Notes: generated from the sequence alone by a model not told the origin. A stretch of 64,000 bases of DNA from Mobula hypostoma (GCF_963921235.1 NC_086097.1:225434001-225498000), one strand, 5' to 3'; positions 13,192 through 25,127 are shown, numbered from the stretch's first letter. Made by a program: numbers and translations.

Positions 13192-14502
13192 TCAGGTGGC
13201 TCTGGAAGTCCAACCCCAACTGCACAGGGGGGCACACAGTTGAGGCAAGACCAGTAACGTAAAGTCCCGATATTCTGTGCCCTGCACCACTAGTGTCGCT
13301 ACACAACCCCCCCGGATGTCTGTTGTATGCGACCTGGAGGCCATGGTGCCCCTCCGACTTACCGGCCGTATCATGAGTCCACAATGCTGCACCGTGGCCG
13401 GGTGGATAAAACTCTCCGTGCTGCCTGTGTCAAACAGGCAGCTTGTCCTGTGCCCCTCCACCAGGATGTTCATCATTGACCTTGCGAGCTGGTGGGGAGC
13501 GCTTTGGTCGAGGGTCACGGAAGCCAGAGTGGGGTCGCTGTCTTGGTCCGGCGTGGTGGGGTGCCCCGTGAGCACCCGTTGGTCGTAGGCGTTGGGAGGT
13601 GGCGCCGACCAAGATGGCTGCCCCCATGTCTTGCACGTGGTGGTGGCGTGCAGGGAAGATGGCGGCAGGCAAGATGGCTGCCCCCATGTCTCGCACGTGG
13701 TGGTGGCGTGCAGGGAAGATGGCGGCCCCCACGTCTCACACGCAGTGCTGCTCAATCCCGCTCGCGGTTTTGACTTACAGACCTTGGCGAAGTGGCCCTT
13801 CTTTCCGCAGCTGGAGCAGGTAGCTTGTCGGGCCGGGCAGCGTTTCCGGGGGTGCTTCTCCAGTCCACAGAAGTAGCACTTCGCGGACTCACGACTGGCG
13901 GCAGCCGAGGTCGATTCGCCGGCAGGTTGCGGGGTCTGCGGCACCCATGAGGCCGTCGGGGGATCGCGTGCCTGGAGAGCCTCGGAGTTATGCAGAGCGG
14001 CCTCCAACGTATCAGCCAGCTCCATCGCCGAACTTAGGGTAAGATCGGCTTTTTCCAGCAGCCGCTGGTGCACGTACACTGACCTGGTCCCCGTGACGAA
14101 GGCGTCTCTCACTAGGAGTTCTGCATGCTGCGCCGCCGTCAGCTCCTGGCAATTGCAGGCTCGCACGAGCGTCCATAGGGCCTGGACAAACTCAGCACTC
14201 GATTCCCCGGGGCATTGTTGCCGTGTCGCTAAACGGTGCCGAGCATAGACGCTGTTTATCTGCCGCAGGTATTGTCTTTTGAGTGCGATCATCACGCCAT
14301 CGTAGTTCGGCTGGTCTCTGATCAGCGAATAAACCCGTGGACTGACCCTGGGGAGTAGAACTCTACGCTTCACTACAGGGTCGGTCGCTTTAATCTCCTC
14401 TAGATACGCTTCGAAGCAGGCCAGCCAGAGTTCGAAAGTGTTTCCAGCTTCAGGTGTTTGTTGATTGAGGTCTAATTTTTCTGGTCTCAGGGCCTGTTCC
14501 AT
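13192..14502 (-). CDS. gag: Gypsy gag-protease ORF
   Basis: Two zinc knuckles (CYFCGLEKHPRKRC, CSSCGKKGHFAKVC) and protease LFDTGS; frameshifted at a G-run just before LGLDF. Confidence 0.93.
   Translation of the reverse strand: MEQALRPEKLDLNQQTPEAGNTFELWLACFEAYLEEIKATDPVVKRRVLLPRVSPRVYSLIRDQPNYDGVMIALKRQYLRQINSVYARHRLATRQQCPGESSAEFVQALWTLVRACNCQELTAAQHAELLVRDAFVTGTRSVYVHQRLLEKADLTLSSAMELADTLEAALHNSEALQARDPPTASWVPQTPQPAGESTSAAASRESAKCYFCGLEKHPRKRCPARQATCSSCGKKGHFAKVCKSKPRAGLSSTACETWGPPSSLHATTTCETWGQPSCLPPSSLHATTTCKTWGQPSWSAPPPNAYDQRVLTGHPTTPDQDSDPTLASVTLDQSAPHQLARSMMNILVEGHRTSCLFDTGSTESFIHPATVQHCGLMIRPVSRRGTMASRSHTTDIRGGCVATLVVQGTEYRDFTLLVLPQLCAPLCSWGWTSRAT
13610..13726. repeat. 60-bp in-frame tandem duplication within gag
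   Basis: Two copies of caagatggctgcccccatgtc(t/c..)cacgtggtggtggcgtgcagggaagatggcggc, differing at one position. Confidence 0.95.
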
Positions 14503-14528
14503 GTTTTAAAACGTACAGCGAATAAAAT

Positions 14529-14933
14529 TGAAGCACCTTCAATTACTCCAAAAGACTGAGGTTGGGTAAAATACTGAAAGGCTGAGGCCAGTTCATTAGC
14601 TATGTTTAAAAGGAAGTTAGATATGGCCCTTGTGGCTACAGGGGTCAGGGGGTATGGAGGGAAGGCTGGGTTCTGAGTTGGATGATCAGCCATGATCATA
14701 ATAAATGGCGGTGCAGGCTCGAAGGGCCGAATGGCCTACTCCTGCACCTATTTTCTATGTTTCTATGTTTCTATAATACGACCTCCACAGTGAGTGTCTG
14801 CCCCCGGACTGAGGGGGAGGGGCAAGGCGAACACCTTTATACAGGATCTGTGGGAGGAGCCACAGGGGCAGTCAGCAGAGGGGTGTGTCCAGACAGGCAA
14901 CCGAGTTACAACTTATATACATGGTTTACCACA
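14529..14933 (-). repeat. 5' LTR interrupted by a CR1 fragment
   Basis: Matches the 3' LTR on both sides of the insert, with about 6 substitutions and 1 indel counted by eye. Confidence 0.95.
14584..14774 (+). mobile_element. 5'-truncated CR1 3' end inserted in the LTR
   Basis: Near-identical to the 3' end of the CR1 at 16537; (TTTCTATG)n tail. Confidence 0.92.
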
Positions 14934-15009
14934 ACGGGAAAAACGCTTCATATAGTGTTAAGCTAACCATTGGGTCACTATCATGTTAATTTAAAATTAA
15001 CTCAGTGGT

Positions 15010-15790
15010 AGGAAGCAGAGTGACATGGTTAACGATTGGATTGTTTCTCGGAGTGGAAACCAGTGACTAGTGGCGTGCTGTAAGGTTCAGTGTTTGGACT
15101 CTTGTTATTTGTTATTTATATAACTGATTTGACTGAGAATGCGCAAGGTTTGATCGGATAGCTTGTGAATGACTTAAAATTAGGGTATGTGGTTGACAGT
15201 GAAGAAGGCTATTGTAGATTACAAGGGGATCTTGACTGGTTAGACAGCTTGCCGAGGAGCAGCAAAACAGATAAGTGTGAGGTGATGCTTTTGAAAAGTC
15301 AAACCAACATAGGACTTAAATTGTGAATGTAGGATACAAAGCAGTGAAATGGAACAGGGAAACTTTGGAGTATAAGTACATAGCTCATTGAAAGCAGCAT
15401 CACAGGTAGACATGGATTTGCAAAATGTGTTTAGCATTGAGTATTGGGGTTGGAACATTATGTTGCATTTGTATCAGCCATTATTGAGGCTGTTCTTGGA
15501 GTACCATGTACAGTTTTGGTATTCCTGTTTTAGGAAAGATACAGTTAACCTGGAAAAAATGCTTAAAATATTTTCAAGGATGTTGCCAGGTCAAGAGGGA
15601 TTGAGTTATAGGGAGAGAGATAGTTATGTTGGTGTTTATTCCTTGGAATTTAGGAGAATTATAGGCAATCTAATAGAAGTGTTTAAAATTTATGTGAGGC
15701 ATAGATAACATGGATGTTAACAGTCTTAATCTCAGGGTAGGAGAGAGCAAATTTACAGGACATAGATTTAGCGTGAGAAGGGAATGAATA
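15010..15790 (+). mobile_element. Degenerate CR1 RT/3' fragment
   Basis: LYQPLLRLFLEYHVQFW..YSLEFRR. Confidence 0.75.
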
Positions 15791-16536
15791 AAGAGCTTCT
15801 ATCCAGACTGTATTTTCAGTATAATCTTTAACATAATTTTTGTATAATTCTTCATTCTTTATAATTGTTGAATTTTGTTATTTTTCTTGCACAGCGTGTC
15901 AACACACCACGGAAAATTCCTAATATATATAAATATATATGATAAATAATATTGATCCTTGGTAAGGCTTCATGGAGAGCGAAGGGGATGACAGAAGATG
16001 TCATGGTCATACACTGCAGCCGAGCGAGGCCCCATTTTGTGACGGTTGTTCATACCACTGGAACTGGACTTCTGAGGATGGGAATGGAACCACCCTAGTA
16101 CAACGGCTTTTCCACTTTCAAAACTCTCCCGCACAGTCCTCCTGTCATCGTTATATTTCTCTGTCATTTTATAACTGATGCAGGGTTTTGATCTGTAACC
16201 ATGACAATTTCTTTTGCTTTACAGATGCTGCTCAGTCACGAAGTTGGCCCAGCAGATTGTTTGTTGCAAAGGGAGTAGATCCTTTCTATAACACTACTTT
16301 AGCATGTTTTTATAGGTGACTGAATGTCTGATTTTACTCTTTACAGGCGTTGAATGACTTGTTATGTGTTTCCTGTCTTTTGTTTCATTTGCCTCTTGGC
16401 TTCAATTTCCTGAAGGGAGGGTGGGTGTTTAAGAAACTTACAGTGAAAGTGCATCATGTTGCTCTTCACCTACGGTCTGCTGTGCCCTACTGATCTCTCC
16501 ATTTTAAATTGTCTGGTTCTAAAAGAATTACTGGGA

Positions 16537-19500
16537 AAACATAGAAACATAGAAACATAGAAAATAGGTGCAGGAGTAGGCCATTCGGCCCTTCGAGCCC
16601 GCACCGCCATTTATTATGATCATGGCCGATCATCCACCTCAGAACCCTGCCCCAGCCTTCCCTCCATACCCCCTGATCCACATAGCTACAAGGGCCTTAT
16701 CTAACTCCCTCTTAAATATAGCCAATGAACTGGCCTCAACTGTTTCCTGTGGCAGAGAATTCCACAGATTCACCACTCTCTGTGTGAAGAAGTTTTTCCT
16801 AATCTCGGTCCTAAAAGGCTTCCCCTTTATCCTCAAAATGTGACCCCTCGTTCTGGACTTCCCCAACATCGGGAACAATCTTCCTGCATCTAGCCTGTCC
16901 AATCCCTTTAGGATTTTATACGTTTCAATCAGATCCCCCCTCAATCTTCTAAATTCCATGAGTACAAGCCCAGTTCATCCAGTCTTTCTTCATATGAAAG
17001 TCCTGCCATCCCAGGAATCAATCTGGTGAACTTTCTTTGTACTCCCTCTATGGCAAGGATGTCTTTCCTCAGATTAGGGGACCAAAACTGCACATAATAC
17101 TCCAGATGTGGTCTCACCAAGGCCTTGTACAACTGCAGTAGTACCTCCCTGCTCCTGTACTCAAATCCTCTCGCTATAAATGCCAGCATACCATTCGCCT
17201 TTTTCACCGCCTGCTGTACCTGCATGCCCACTTTCAATGACTGGTGTATAATGACACCCAGGTCTCGTTGCACCTCCCCTTTTCCTAATCGGCCACCATT
17301 CAGATAATAATCTGTTTTCCTATTTTTGCCACCAAAGTGGATAACTTCACCATTTATCCACATTAAATTGCATCTGCCATGAATTTGCCCACTCACCCAA
17401 CCTATCCAAGTCACTCTGCATCCTCTTAGCATCCTCCTCACAGCTAACACTGCCACCCAGCTTCGTGTCATCCGCAAACTTGGAGATGCTGCATTTAATT
17501 CCCCAAGTCATTAATGTATATTGTAAACAACTGGGGTCCCAGCACTGAGCCTTGCGGTACCCCACTAGTCACTGCCTGCCATTCTGAAAAGGTCCCGTTT
17601 ATTCCCACTCTTTGCTTCCTGTCTGCTAACCAATTCTCAGTCCACATCAATACCTTACCCCCAATACCGTGTGCTTTAAATTTGCACACTAATCTCCTGT
17701 GTGGGACCTTGTCAAAAGCCTTTTGAAAATCCAAATATACCACATCCATTGGTTCTCCCCTAACCACTCTACTAGTTACATCCTCAAAAAATTCTATGAG
17801 ATTCGTCAGACATGATTTTCCTTTCACAAATCCATGCTGACTTTGTCCGATCATTTCACCGCTTTCCAAATGTGCTGTTATCACATCCTTGATAACTGAC
17901 TCCAGCAGTTTCCCCACCACCGACGTTAGGCTAACCGGTCTATAATTCCCCGGTTTCTCTCTCCCTCCTTTTTTAAAAAGTGGGTTACATTAGCCACCCT
18001 CCAATCCTCAGGAACTAGTCCAGAATCTAACGAGTTTTGAAAAATTATCGCTAATGCATCCACTATTTCTTGGGCTACTTCCTTAAGCACTCTGGGATGC
18101 AGACCATCTGGCCCTGGGGATTTATCTGCCTTTAATCCCTTCAATTTACCTAACACCACTTCCCTACTAACATGTATTTCACTCAGTTCCTCCATCTCAC
18201 TGGACCCTCTGTCCCCTACTATTTCTGGAAGATTATTTATGTCCTCCTTAGTGAAGACAGAACCAAAGTAATTATTCAATTTGTCTGCCATGTCCTTGTT
18301 CCCCATAATCAATTCACCTGTTTCTGTCTGTAGGGGACGTACATTTGTCTTTACCAGTCTTTTCCTTTTTACATATCTAGAAAGGCTTTCACGGTCAGTT
18401 TTTATGTTCCCTGCCAGTTTTCTCTCATAATCTTTTTTCCCCTTCCTAATTAAACCCTTTGTCCTCCTCTGCTGAACTCTGAATTTCTCCCAGTCCTCAG
18501 GTGAGCCACTTTTTCTGGCTAATTTGTATGCTTCTTTGGAATTGATACTATCCCTAATTTCTCTTGTCAACCATGGGTGCACTACCTTCCTTGATTTATT
18601 CTTTTGCCAAACTGGGATGAACAATTGTTGTAGTTCATCCATGCAATCTTTAAATGCTTGCCATTGCATATCCACCGTCAATCCTTTAAGTGTCATTTGC
18701 CAGTCTATCTTAGCTAATTCACGTCTGATACCTTCAAAGTTACCCCTCTTTAAGTTCAGAACCTTTGTTTCTGAATTAACTATGTCACTCTCCATCTTAA
18801 TGAAGAATTCCACCATATTATGGTCACTCTTACCCAAGGGGCCTCTCACGACAAGATTGCTAATTAACCCTTCCTCATTGCTCAAAACCCAGTCCAGAAT
18901 AGCCTGCTCTCTAGTTGGTTCCTCGACATGTTGGTTCAAAAAACCATCCCGCATACATTCCAAGAAATCCTCTTTCTCAGCACCTTTACCAATTTGGTTC
19001 ACCCAATCTACATGTAGATTGAAGTCACCCATTATAACTGCTGTTCCTTTATTGCACACATTTCTAATTTCCTGTTTAATACCATCTCCGACCTCACTAC
19101 TACCGTTAGGTGGCCTGTACACAACACCCACCAGCGTTTTCTGCCCCTTAGTGTTACCCAGCTCTACCCATATCGATTCCACATCTTCCCGGCTTATGTC
19201 CTTCCTTTCTATTGCGTTAATCTGCTCTTTAACCAGCAACGCCACCCCACCTCCTTTTCTTTCATGTCTATCCCTCATGAATATTGAATATCCCTGAACG
19301 TTGAGCTCCCATCCTTGGTCACCCCGGAGCCACGTCTCTGTGATCCCAACTATATCATAATCATTAATAACAATCTGCACTTTCAATTCATCCACCTTGT
19401 TATGAATGCATTGACACACAAAGCCTTCAGGCGCTCTTTTACAACCCTCTTAGCCTTTATACAATTATGTTGAAAAGTGGCCCTTTTTAATGCTTGCCCT

Positions 19501-19605
19501 GGATTTGTCGGCCTGCCACTTTTACTTTTCTCCTTAGTACTTTTTGCTTCTACCCTCACTTTACACCCCTCTGTCTCTCTGCACTCGTTCCCATCCCCCT
19601 GTTGT
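16537..19605 (-). mobile_element. Young CR1 LINE with near-complete ORF2 (APE + RT), frameshifted
   Basis: [44 protein letters not shown]; tail (TTTCTATG)n. Confidence 0.95.
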
Positions 19606-19609
19606 GCAG

Positions 19610-20040
19610 ATATGATAAAGAGACAAATGCGAGCAGCTTGCATGCGACAGTGGCCACACCCCATTACGCTGCTTCAACAGGCAGGCTAAACCCGATGATG
19701 GTCGCCGACTGCCTCATGGCCTAGTGAGGTAGGGGACATGCCTGTCCTAGCATGTGAGGTCAACTCTGGTGGACTGGGCGGAGGAGATGCATAGTGAGAT
19801 CGAACAGCCAGGAAGGCAATACTGCAAAATGCTGTTGAGAGCAAAAGATGTGAGAAGGCATAGAAGATATTCTGATCATCTGCCTCAACCAAGGAAGATT
19901 CCGGTTTGTGATGCCTGTTTGTACCACTGGACCCAGATTTCTGAGGTCAAGAAAGTGGGACTGCCCCTGTGCATTACTTCAAAAACTCTCCAGCGCAGGT
20001 TTCCTGCCATCATCAGACACGAACAACCACCACAGGTACT
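19610..20040 (-). mobile_element. Unclassified interspersed repeat, possibly an RTE-type 5' UTR
   Basis: GC-richer non-coding block; general resemblance only. Confidence 0.3.
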
Positions 20041-20884
20041 TCAGCCCGTGATGAAACACCAACCTCTTGACCTACTCTACAATCAGTCTAACCCTTCCCT
20101 CCTATATAACCATGCATAGTTACAGAGCACAAGGAGATGTACAACGAAGAATTCCAAAGGTCTTGTGGGTAAGTGTCATTCCACGTATTGTCCACTGTTA
20201 GATACTGGAGTGCACTGTCTGCTGCCTTTCAAAGGTAGTATTCAATTTTGCTTGCACTTCAGAAGTTAAAACTATTTTCAAAAGTTATACATTCTGAACT
20301 ATTCAAAATAATTTGTCGCCAGAAACTCACTTTTAAACACCTTTCAGACCACAAGCACATGCAAATCACTTCTTGACAAACTGTACTGAATCCAAGACCT
20401 CCAGGAACTACTAGTGTGTTATTGAATTACATCCCATGAGAAAAATTTAGGTTGCAATATCCAAAGCAATATTGTCTGAACCACAGATTGTTTAATTTTA
20501 GTAGGATTATGACCTTGTATCATGTTCCTTATATGTCAGAGTTTAAAACAGTTGTTTATTACTTATTAACTATTCTGTAATTTTTACAAATTACTTTTTA
20601 TGAGAAGGTGAATGAAGTTAAAAATTCGATATTAATACATCGGGGAGTACAATAATTCAGACTTTTGTGGTGTGATTAAGTGCTGTTGCCTGCATTTTAT
20701 TTATTTTAAAGTAATCTCACTTGTATATTTTACCTATGTATATAGACTAGAAATCACATATGGAATTAACTCATGGTGCAATATTAGCTCCTGATTACTT
20801 AGTGATCTTTAAGTAGTTTTCCAACATTTTGCCCCTTCTCTTTATTTTTGTTCAAGTTAAATTCATTTACACATGTTTTTAATT

Positions 20885-21320
20885 GGAATTGGATTTAGTT
20901 TATTGTTGTCACCGGTACCAAGAAACAATGAAACGCTTACCATTTATACAGATCATATGATTGCATACTGTATTGTAGAAGAACAAGGTAAAACAATAAC
21001 AATGCTCAGTAAAATGTAACAGCTACAGAGAAAGTGCAGAGCAGGTAAACAGTAAAGTGCAAGATCATAACAAGGTAGATTGTGAAATCAGGAATCCATT
21101 TTACCACACTACGGAACCATTTAATAATCTTAAAAGAATGAGTTAGATGCTGTCCTTGAGTCTGGTTGTAGATGCTTTCGGGCTTTTGCATCTTCTGCCC
21201 AATGGGGAGAAGGAGAAGAGGGAATGTCTTGGGGGTGTGGGCTCGTTTATTATACTGGCTGCTTTACTGATGCAGCAAGAAGTATCGACAGTCTTTCGAG
21301 GGGAAGCTGGTTTCCATGTA
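20885..21320 (-). mobile_element. Rex-type LINE 3' fragment
   Basis: KAASIINEPTPPRHSLFS..GRR..TTRLKDS. Confidence 0.7.
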
Positions 21321-21659
21321 TGTTTCAAATATGCAATAATAAAGTTCAATACAATTTCATCCCATTGGAGACTTTGCCAATAAAAAAAAGCAAGAGAATA
21401 TATTTCCAGCTACATTAAAAAAATAATTCTTAACACAGCTCTGTTATTTAATAACAGCACAAGAAAATAAAAATCCACTGAATTATCTCAAAGCTAATAA
21501 AATTTGGAGTTGTAAGGTTTCAAGTTTGTTTTTATTGTCAGACGTTTATAGTATTATGATAAGATGAAGTTCACGATCATTCATAAGACAAAACTGTTTA
21601 CTATGATAATCCATTGATTCTGAATAAAGAAATACCACAGATATCATAACTGACTTGGT

Positions 21660-22326
21660 CCAACCTAGCAGAGTTCACTGCTAAGAAGGCCCACCAGAGC
21701 CTTTACTTCCTGAGAAAACTAAAGAAATTTGGCCTGTCCCCTAAAACCCTCATTAATTTTTATAGATGCACCGTAGAAAACATTCTTCTAGGGTGCATCA
21801 CAACCTGGTATGGAAGTTGTCCTGTCCAAGACCGAAAGAAGCTGCAGAAGATCGTAAACACGGCACAGCACATCACACAAAACAATCTTCCGTCCTTGGA
21901 CTCACTTTACACCGCACGCTGTTGGAGCAGTGTTGCCAGAATAATCAAGGACATGACCCACCCAGCCAACACACTTTTCGTCCCTCTTCCCTCCAGGAGA
22001 AGGCTCAGGAGCTTGAAGACTCATATGGCCAGATTTTGGGAACAGCTTCTTTCCAACTGTGATAAGACTGCTGAATGGATCCTGACTCGGATCTGGCCAT
22101 ACCCTCCAAATATCCAGACCCGCCTCTTGGTTTTTTTGTACTACCTTACTTTCCATTTTCTATTTATGATTTATAATTTAAATTTTTACTATTTACTAAT
22201 TTTTACTATTTTTAATATTTAATATTTGTAATCCAGGGAGTGGGAAGTGCAGAATCAAATATTACTGTGATGATTGTACGTTCTAGTATCAATTGTTTGG
22301 CGACAATAAAGTATAAAGTATAAAGT
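21660..22326 (+). mobile_element. Rex-type LINE 3' portion
   Basis: KKAHQSLYFLRKLKKFG; RIIKDMTHPANTLFVPLPSRRRLRS; (AAGTAT)n tail. Confidence 0.8.
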
Positions 22327-22416
22327 AGTGCAAAGATTCAGGGAACTGACAGAGAATTGAAATACATACTTCAAAATATGTTATCTCTTAATTAAGAATA
22401 TTCTCATCTTAATAGA

Positions 22417-23395
22417 AACCATAGAAACTACAGCACAGAAACAGGCCTTTTGGCCCTTCTTGGCTGTGCCGAACCATTTTCTGCCTAGTTCCGCTGACCT
22501 GCACACGGACCATATCCCTCCATACACCTCCCATCCATGTATCTGTCCAAAATGATAGAGAGCATCAAGCAACTCGAAACAGTTGCTGGTTTTAGATTAT
22601 TATTGCCAATCCTATTCTCCCACTTATTTCTTTCCCAATACCTTTGTGTTTCGCATGCCCATCTACTCTCTTTGTTTCTCACCCACTTATAATTGATGAA
22701 TTTAACCTGCCACCAGCTCTTGGGATGTAGGAAGAAATGGAATCACCTATGGGAAACATATGCAGTCATAGGGTACAAGTATAAAGTTCATAATGTAAGC
22801 AGCAGAGGTCAAGATCGCAACTGGATCATTGAAGCTCTGTAACACGATGGAGAAATGAGTTAAGATTAATGAGTAAATATTTTACAGTATTGTAAGCACC
22901 TGACTTTCATACAAGACCACAACATACAGGAGCAGATTCGGCCATTTGGTCCATCGAGTCACTTGCCATTTCATCATGGCTGATCCATTTTTTTCCTCTC
23001 TGCTCCAATCTCCTGCCATCCCCCCATATCCCTTCATGCCCTGACCAATCAAGAATCTATCAACCTCTGCCTTAAATATACGTAAAGACTTGGCCTCTGC
23101 AGCTGCCTGTAGCAAAGAATTTCACAGATTCACCACTCCCTGCCAAAAGAAATTCCTCCTCATCTCCGTTCTAAAAGGACGCCTCTCTATTTTGAGGCTG
23201 TGTCCTCTGGTCTTAGACATCCTGCCATAGGGAGCATCCTCTCCACATCCACTCTATCAAGGCCCTCCACCATTCAATTGGTTTCAGTGTAGTCACCCAT
23301 CATTCTTCTGAATTCCAGTGAACGCAGACCCAGAGCTGTCAAACACACTTAATTTTCGTGAACTTCTTTTGAACTCTCTCCAGTATCAGCACATT
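22417..23395 (-). mobile_element. Cluster of two CR1 3' fragments (about 22417-22550 and 22910-23395) with a degenerate V-SINE between them
   Basis: AAEAKSLRIFKAEVDRFLIGQGMKGYG; CR1 3' UTR motifs. Confidence 0.7.
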
Positions 23396-24017
23396 TACTA
23401 TACTTTGAGTCACCAGAGAATACTTTTCTTCACTCCTGACAAGTGGAAAGAATTTGGGGAGTTAAGATGCATATTGCTTTCTTAACATACTGTACATCAT
23501 CTATTGACCACAGTACTTATTCTGCTTGTCCCAGTTAATTCTCATCTCCATCTCATCATCATCCATATCAACAACTCTCCTAGGATGGTGAGACATTGAC
23601 AATAGTGATGCTCTTTGGGAATCAAAAGGGACATGGTTAGACGATTCCACATTGAAGGTGGTCATTGCCTGTCACTTGCAGTGACAAAGTGCAGCCTGAT
23701 CACGCCTGAATGTCAGCGAGTTCTTGTTACAGGTAGGCTTACAATGTTCCACTACCAGAAATAGTGAATGAAATTATGTGAAGGGTGAAGTAATAAATAC
23801 TGAGTGTATGAAGGGTTGAGATTAGAAAACATACCTAATAGTAGCAATATCATTAAATTTACATAGAAAGTCCACACATTTTCTACAGAACAAATGGTCC
23901 TTTTCACGAGGAATTCTGCAGATGCTGGAAATTCAAGCAACACACATCAAAGTTGCTGGTGAACGCAGCAGACCAGGCAGCGTCTCTAGGAAGAGGTACA
24001 GTCGACGTTTCGGGCCG

Positions 24018-24053
24018 AGTCCTGACGAAGGGTCTCGGCCCAAAACGTCGACT
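24018..24053 (+). ncRNA. Minimal type I hammerhead ribozyme, G12A variant
   Basis: agtc-CTGACGA-a-ggg tctcgg ccc-AAAA-c-GTC-gact. Confidence 0.7.
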
Positions 24054-24056
24054 GCG

Positions 24057-24092
24057 AGTCCTGACGAAGGGTCTCGGCCCGAAACGTCGACT
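24057..24092 (+). ncRNA. Minimal type I hammerhead ribozyme, intact core
   Basis: Helix I AGUC/GACU, CUGACGA, stem II GGG/CCC, GAAA, palindromic ACGU in place of helix III, GUC cleavage triplet. Confidence 0.85.
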
Positions 24093-24399
24093 GTACCTCT
24101 TCCTAGAGATGCTGCCTGGCCTGCTGCGTTCACCAGCAACTTTGAAATCGTCCTTTTCAAATACTTTGTCATGTGATGCCCATCAATAGCAAATACTAAG
24201 GTATAACCTGGAATTCTGCCTTTAAGAGCATTGTGGGTAAGCCCAGACCTCAAGGACTGCAGCAGTTCATGAAAGCAAGTCACCACTACTTTTGCAAGGG
24301 CAGTTAAGGAGGGCATTTAAAAGCTGGCACACCTTATAGTGCCCACATGGCTTGAATGAATATTAAAGAAAAATTATTTGTGATCAAGCCTGCCTTCTC

Positions 24400-24940
24400 T
24401 TTGCAACATATAGAAAGCAGGAAGAATTCAGCAGGTCAGGCACTCGAGGGAAATGGACCCATTTACAATGAATTATCCAACTTCTGATAAACTGCTATCT
24501 CTTTTTTTTCTACTTCTTAAAAAGCCTCTTTCCCATTTTCCACCTGTTCCATCTGCCAATCACTCACACTGGTTCCCCTCCCCTATTATTTCCATCTGCC
24601 CTTCTCACTTCCCTCTCTATCCCATGCTCCACCTTCCTCTCCCATCAGATTCCACCTTCTTTAGTCCTTTGACATGTCTATCACCTCGTAGTTTTGCTGC
24701 TTCTCGCCCTGTTCCCATTCTTCCTTCTGCATCTGTTATCAACCTCCTCACCCAGATACACCCAGTCTCTTGCCCCACACTTCTTTTATACCAGCTTTTC
24801 TCCCATCTTTATTTCAATGCACATTGTCTTGACCTAAAAGGTTGACTGTCCATTTCCCTCCTCTGCTTATGCCTGACCCTTTGAGTTCTTCTAGAGTTTT
24901 TATATGGTTCCAGATTCCAGCATCTGAAGTCTCTTGTCTC
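24400..24940 (+). mobile_element. Degenerate Penelope pseudo-LTR/3' UTR
   Basis: Pyrimidine-rich tract like 52940-53160, followed by a decayed hammerhead-family tail ending ttccagcatctgaagtctcttgtctc. Confidence 0.55.
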
Positions 24941-25127
24941 TAATTTCTCTTCACATTGCTCTTGTATTCTTCTTTTCAACTGTAGAAATGCAGCTACGAT
25001 TTTGCTATAATTCCAGATATATATTTTGAAATACAAAGCAAACGTCAATGAACTTCCCAGGAACCTATTGGTGATCCCTTCTAAAATTTCAAAGTACATT
25101 TATTATTAAAGTATGCATACATTATAC

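Larger units (their letters stand above)
10263..14933 (-). mobile_element. Full-length Ty3/Gypsy LTR retrotransposon (probably Mag-like), defective
   Basis: Two TG..CA LTRs; 5-bp TSD ACGGG (10258-10262, 14934-14938); PPT; domain order gag-PR-RT-RH-IN. It is inserted into a minus-strand V-SINE. Confidence 0.97.
23907..24144. mobile_element. Penelope-like fold-back insert with two tandem hammerhead cores
   Basis: 73-bp inverted arms (23947-24019 / 24073-24145, 2 mismatches); 39-bp tandem unit; TSD aaatggtccttttca (23892-23906) / aaatcgtccttttca (24145-24159). Confidence 0.9.

Noticed and set aside
18524..19297. 257-aa plus-strand ORF
   Set aside because: Antisense shadow of CR1 ORF2.
24016..24093. 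Direct repeats as a CRISPR-like array
   Set aside because: There are only two adjacent units with no spacers, in a eukaryotic context; they are explained as tandem hammerheads.
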